Positions 57,922 through 64,000 of a DNA stretch of 64,000 nucleotides are shown in pieces. Both the position numbers and the translations under genes were made by a program. The stretch is from the NCBI GenBank assembly GCA_951406725.2, contig OX597814.1:214520001-214584000 (forward strand), in the 5' to 3' direction. The notes beneath the pieces were generated by a model, which made no database searches, had not been told where the DNA came from, and saw only the letters and a program-made list of their open reading frames with translations. Source of the stretch: Octopus vulgaris. Lineage: Eukaryota. The number at the start of each line of letters is the position of its first letter. Position 1 is the first letter of the stretch.

Positions 57922-59793
57922 TTTTTTTTTTTTTTTTAGCTCAATACCTTTTTAGTATTTTGTGCCTGTATCATTTTCTGGAATTGTCGTTTATCAACAG
58001 GTCATCCTTAATTAAGAAGACTCATGATCAAATGCATTCCAGCTGTGATCATCCAATTTTGTTCAGATATAGAATATCTTGGACAGTAACTGCATCATAA
58101 CTAAACTCTCTTTACTTCCTAAGCAACACAACCCACAGGCTTCAACAAGCTAATAACTTGTCCCCTGATATCACATACTGTTCTACACCTAATTACCACA
58201 ACTGAACATCAAGCAATCTCCCAACTCTTCTTTGACTATCTATTTATCATCATCATCATCATCCTCCTCATTAAAATACACTTATATATCAAACTAGAAA
58301 AGCCTACTTGAATGAAATGAAATTAAGGACATCTTCAAACACGACTCGCCAACACCACACAGCAGAAATGAACTCAGTATATAAAAAAAGAAAAATCAGA
58401 GAAACTAAAGGAAAGAAATACAGGAAATTGATGATATTTGTATTCGGTACAAAACAAACCATAAAACATAATTATACAAAGTAATTAGCAGCACTAGCAA
58501 TTACAATTGCCATACCACACCTTATGACATAATAATAACCAACTTCTAAAAAGCATATTCTTACTTCAGCAGCAAGAAAATTAACTCAGCAAACATTAAA
58601 AACATAAAAAAAGCCACCCAAAAGTTACACATGAGAAACAGTCACATAAAATGCAAAGTGTATAGTTTTCATTTAGATGACAATGCGAGCCTTTTCCTTC
58701 TATTAAGTACTAAAAAGTTATAAAGAAATCCCAAAACTCAAAATCTCAAGGGCCTGATAGAATTACAAACTCATCTAAAACACTAAGAATCAACAAGGCT
58801 AATTGCATTCACAAATCGACTGAACTTCTTATATAGATTGCTAATTTCCCATTATGCGGAAATTGAGAAAAATCATCAGTTTTAAAACTCAACTGAAGCA
58901 GTATCACCTGGACCCATCACTACTCCATACATACTTTAAAAAAACCATAGAAAGACTTTTCTTAGACATCACCAGCCTACACACTTCCTTCTCCAACTTA
59001 GAATGTGGGTTCAGACTGTTAATTAGAGTCAGTCATACACTTGCTCACAAACCTTGTATATAAAAAAAACCCTAAAAAAACCCCCCAAAACATGATGGTT
59101 TAAAAAAAGCCTATATACCATCCTAACTATTATTGACATCAGCAAAACTGACAGTGACATTCTTGTTACTAGACACAGTATACAAATTATCCAATAATAA
59201 AACAAGAAACAGAATAAAATTCTAGCAAGAAAACTGTCTCTCTGGTCACCAAAGCCATGTAATGTACAAAAAAAGAAATCACTTTCATAATTTGTAATTT
59301 CTTAAATGGACTAGGTATTGGTTAAAAGGAACATAAGAAAAGATCTGTATTCTTACGCACGCTTTTTAACCTATATCTACATGACCTTCCCACACCTCCA
59401 TAAAGTATACACACAGCCTCATATGCAGATGACATCACACTCACATTTTTCCATCGTTCTCTAGACACAGCTGCACAACTACTCCAATTCTACACCAATC
59501 ACCTAGAAACCTAACTCTAAAACAACAAACTTAAAGAAGCACCTTCTAAATCTACTTTCTCATTTTGTACCAGCTTTACCAAAATATCAGATACAACCAA
59601 CCGTCACGTTCACATAGTATAAACATATCACACGTATCACAATGTTTCTACATTATTCACATTACACCGAGATGACGGAGTAAATGAATCAAAATAATGC
59701 AAGAACACACTGAGACAACTCATATCTATCACATATGGTCAGCAAAGGAAAATATTGCATAAACAATGCATTGAATTCATTATGGATTATACC

Positions 59794-59929
59794 TATTTCT
59801 TTATTACCCACAAGGGGTTAAACATAGAGAGGACAAACAAGGATAGACATAGGTATTAAGTCGATTACATCGACCCCAGTGCGTAACTGGCACTTAATTT
59901 ATCGACCCCGAAAGGGTCGATAAATTAAG
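59794..59929 (-). mobile_element. truncated SINE-A with 5' foldback
   Basis: TSD GGATTATACC; inverted duplication 59893-59929. Confidence 0.8.
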
Positions 59930-60046
59930 GATTATACCATCCTTACTAGGGTTGCCAATCTCTCGTTAATAACATCAAATGATGTTCTTAGCAACATCAC
60001 ATACTGTATATAGATCACATTCATACATCACTGACACAGCATAATA

Positions 60047-60468
60047 TATTTCTTTACTGCCCTCAAGGGGCTAAACATAGAGGGGACAAACAAGGACAAA
60101 CAAAGGGATTAAGTCGATTAAATCAACCCCAGTGCGAAACTGGTACTTTATTTATCGACCCCGAAAGGATGAAAGGCAAAGTTGACCTCAGTGGAATTTG
60201 AACTTAGAATGTAATGACAGACGAAATACCTATTTCTATTTCTTTACTACCCACAAGGGGCCAAGCACAGAGGGGACAAACAAGGACAAACAAAAGGATT
60301 AAGTCGATTACATCAACCCCAGTGCGAAACTGGTACTTTATTTAATCGACCCCGAAAGGATGAAAGGCAAAGTTGACCTCAGCGGAATTTGAACTCAGAA
60401 CGTAACGACAGACGAAATACCGCTAAGCATTTTGCCCTGCATGCTAACGTTTCTGCCAGCTTGCCGCC
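60047..60468 (-). mobile_element. SINE-A dimer
   Basis: Junction GACGAAATACC|TATTTC; TSD CAGCATAATA. Confidence 0.85.
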
Positions 60469-60947
60469 TTTGCAGCATAATAATATGAAAACTAAAAGAC
60501 AACTAGGAGAGGCAGAGTTTGTGGTGAAAACAAATTCCAATCTTGACAGTCCTTTCCACTACATGCCCACTCCTACCTACTAGAACATCTCTCTAATTCT
60601 ACCCTCAAAACACTCCCTGCTACTCAACTCCTGATATACATGAAAGACATGTGCAGGAAAAATAGCAATAGCAACACTATCCTCATTAGTTTGCAAGCAT
60701 TATATTTGGGTGCATACCATCAATGACAAATGCAGAGGATGAGCAACTGTTGTGTTTTGATTGAGTCAACCTTGCCTGCTTCTGACGAATCTACCTCTAG
60801 AATCCAGAAACATATGGATATAGACTAGACTGTGGAGAGTGTACAATATGTCCTGATTGTTACATTTCACCTCCTTATAGTTAACCAATTCATGTTGGAA
60901 TTTACAGAATATTCCTTAGCTATGCAAGGGGAGTGGTATATCTAGAA

Positions 60948-62727
60948 CAGTGGTTCTCAACCTTTTTCAAAATTTTTGCTTCACAGTCCCCTGGTTATTT
61001 TTTGGAGGCCTCTCGGTCCCTGGCCTATTTTGGCAGGAATAAGAGATTAATCAAATGCAAAATTTTTGCGATTATAATACTAGTAGGTTTAAGTAGTTGA
61101 ATGCACAAAACCTCAATAATGCCATTAAATATAAATGTTAGATGTAAGCATAAAATAACAATAATGACACTAACAGGACACCAGATGTTGGCAAAATGAT
61201 ATGAAAAAAATTAACATTTTGTTTCTTTTTAGGCTGTGAAGCAGGGCCACTGTTAATTATACCAAACTTTAATTATTCATTAGTAATTTATGCTTTCAAA
61301 CCTATTTTCACAAATATTAAGTTTGGTGGCAATTAAGGTCTGGTATAAGAAAGGAACCATCGGCATTGATGTAGCGTTTAATTCTTTGTTTATTCTCTCC
61401 AATTCTTTCCTTGATTTGCATATATATTCACCGAAAACCGATAGAAGACAGGAAATTTTTTGATAGATGTATTAAGGAAAAATCGTTAAACCTGTTCGAA
61501 AGAAGGATTAATGTGACTGCTGTATTTGCTTTAGCTTTACCAACTCGTCTATATTTGGTTGGGTTCTGGATGAAGCAACCCTCATGCTGTGTAACATCCA
61601 GTCTGTTTTGTCATTTGCTTTTTATCAATTGAAGGGCCAAAAACACCAACTCGCACTTGTAAGTGGTTGCGAAGGGAACCAGATATTTCAGTGCCACCTT
61701 TGAAATATCTGGATAAAGCTGTGCTATCTGAATCCAAAAGTCACAACAACTCATTTCACAAAAGACCTGTTTTGCAGCTCCATTATTCAACAATTCTATG
61801 AACTGCTCCTTCATGGTTATGTCCTCAGAAGGGAGATCGGCAAGAGATATGGAAAATGGATTATTCACGAAGCAGTAAAGTTGCTCATATTTTTGAAAAT
61901 TGGGAAAATATAGGGATAATTCTTCACTAAGAATGCAAATATGGTTTTGCATCACCTCAACCATATCATCATCGATGAGGAACTTGTTTTCATCAATAAA
62001 TTTATTATCCTGAGAGGAAAAGGTGCAAAGTTTTTCTTCTGCAATTTTGAAGCCCATAGTTTCAGCTTCATTTTAAAAGCAGATATTTTTTCAAGACAGT
62101 AGAGTACTGTTACGCCTTTTCCTTGCAGAGTTAAGTTATGAGTGTTGAAAGAGTCAAATATATCCACCAAAAATGCCAGACATATAAGAAATCAGGCATC
62201 ACAAAATTTAGCTCGCAAACAAGGCTTTGAGTCCTGAATAAATTCACATATTTCGTTTCGAAGCAAAAAAACTTACATCAGTACTTTCCCTTTAGATGAG
62301 AGTGCAACAGAAGAGTTTCGAAATCGGCATAATTTTCCCGGCATAAATCTGTGAAGAGACGAGAATTTAGTGCTCCAGCTTTGATGAAGCTGACTACAGC
62401 AATAACAACATTCAGAATATTTTTAAGTGTATCTGGTAAAGTCTTAGCCAAAAGAGCTTGTCGGTGAATTGTCGGTGAGTGTGACCGTATCATGCATATC
62501 TAGACAGGTATTGCCAAGCTACCAGCATACTATATTCTACGGCAATGCACGTGAGAATTGCATATGCACACAAATACCCATGCGATTATTTTTTGGCGTA
62601 AAAAATTTCTAAAATTGTTGGCAATTTGCCACTCAATTGCAGAAAAAAATTTCTGATGCCTTTGCGGTCCCTGCAAAATCGCTTTGTGGTTCCTTTGTGG
62701 ACTGCTGACCCAAGTTGAGAACCACTG
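60948..62727 (-). mobile_element. hAT Buster/Charlie-type transposon, internally deleted, with transposase pseudogene (about 61560-62480)
   Basis: 14-bp TIR CAGTGGTTCTCAAC, perfect 8-bp TSD ATCTAGAA; IHRQALLAKTLP..VVSFIKAGALNSRLF, DIFDSFNTHNLTLQG, FKMKLKLW, FW...YPDISKVALKYLVPFATTYKCE (hAT dimerisation domain). Confidence 0.93.
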
Positions 62728-64000
62728 ATCTAGAACATTAGATCTGAGAACTACATACAGGTACTTGGTGGATTACTTGCATGTCATAGTTCAGCTCTGG
62801 TCATTGGGTTATGCAACAGCTATTTTATCTAGAAGTTGGAGAATAAGAGGGATCAAATGACCTTTGCTGAATTCATTCTGGTTTGCACTAGTATAGGTAT
62901 AAGCTAAATAATTTTCCAATCTATAATTTTTTATAGAAATACAAAAAAAACCCCTCAAAAATCTTATTATGATGGTAGTTGAAGTTGTAGTCATTTCCGT
63001 GTTTAAATATATACAGCAGTCATTTTTTGTGCCAGAAGTTAGTGTGAGCATGTTTGGTGAGAAAAAACCAGTATTAGTTAACAATTAATATTGATTTCAA
63101 ATTTTGGCACAAGTCCAGCAATTTCAGGGGAAGAAGTAAGTTGATTAGATCAACCCTAGTACTCAACTAGTACTTATTTTATTGGCCTTGAAAAGATGGT
63201 TAATATTAGTTTCTGGTAACTATGGGAAACAGCTCCTGTTATGTTTTAATTTTGTTGTGGTCTCTTCAGGAAAATATAATCTCCTTAGACTTGTTGAAGT
63301 AGAGTTGTGTGAATCACTAAGTTAATATATAGGATCATACATTTATTGGCTTGAAAGATAGAACTGTTTTTAGAGATTAAGTAATTTAGAGATGCTATCT
63401 GCCTGAAAAATGACAGATAAGTTAGTTTTAATATATTCAACTTGAACTAAACATAAGGGGAGAAAACAAAGAACAACAAAATTAATTTGTGTCTAATATT
63501 TTCATTTTTGCCAACTACAGTAATATAAAGAGAACTAATTTTATCACAAAGCAATTTTTTTTTTTACACAGAATGTATGTTATAATATAAGGTTTTGTGT
63601 GCTATGTTAATATATGGTTTGGTATGATACAAAGCAATATGGTGTATACAACTATTCAATAAAATATATTGAAATATACTGAGAAATATATGAAGAAAAC
63701 TAATTCTTTTCATGTATGAAAAAATTCCACCTAACACTGTCTCTCCATTGAAGAGATACCCCTTAAAATATCATTTGCTTTCGGTTGTATTTCTACTTTG
63801 GATAAGCTATATAAGAAGTTAGTATAAGCATTAGGTAGTGAAAGTGACAGAATTCCAACAAGGAAAGAAGTTTTGGAGCAAGTAACTGATAATAGAAGTA
63901 GGCCAAGCAAACTGTTGAGTAAGATAATTTGACATGACTACCAAAGAGCTAACATAAGACAGAGGTTGTATACGGATGGGGATTTGGCACGAAACTGAGA

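Larger units (their letters stand above)
58700..60800 (+). pseudogene. heavily decayed LINE reverse transcriptase (different family; related relic near 53.0-54.3 kb)
   Basis: IDISK, LFNLYLHD and SYADDITL (about 59418) remnants; shared GATGAGCAA..TTGCCTGC block at 54012 and 60738. Confidence 0.55.

Overview
AT-rich eukaryotic (animal) genomic DNA dominated by transposons and microsatellites. The repeat families look like octopus/cephalopod repeats (recognised from memory, not searched). No intact multi-exon host gene or long functional ORF can be supported, and most ORFs in the track are microsatellite or repeat artefacts. Content: (i) RTE-like LINEs whose RT carries an internal PHD-type C4HC3 finger. 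Two young copies sit head-to-head at 15.1-21.5 kb, one with a tandemly amplified 3' UTR. (ii) R4/Dong-like restriction-endonuclease LINE relics sitting in (TAA)n. (iii) Two abundant tRNA-type SINE families, here called A and B. (iv) DNA transposon relics: hAT/Buster, Tc1/mariner, piggyBac-like MITEs and a Helitron. (v) Penelope-like remnants, including a 600-bp foldback carrying two oppositely oriented type I hammerhead ribozyme folds. A few short candidate host exons lie in the unique sequence.
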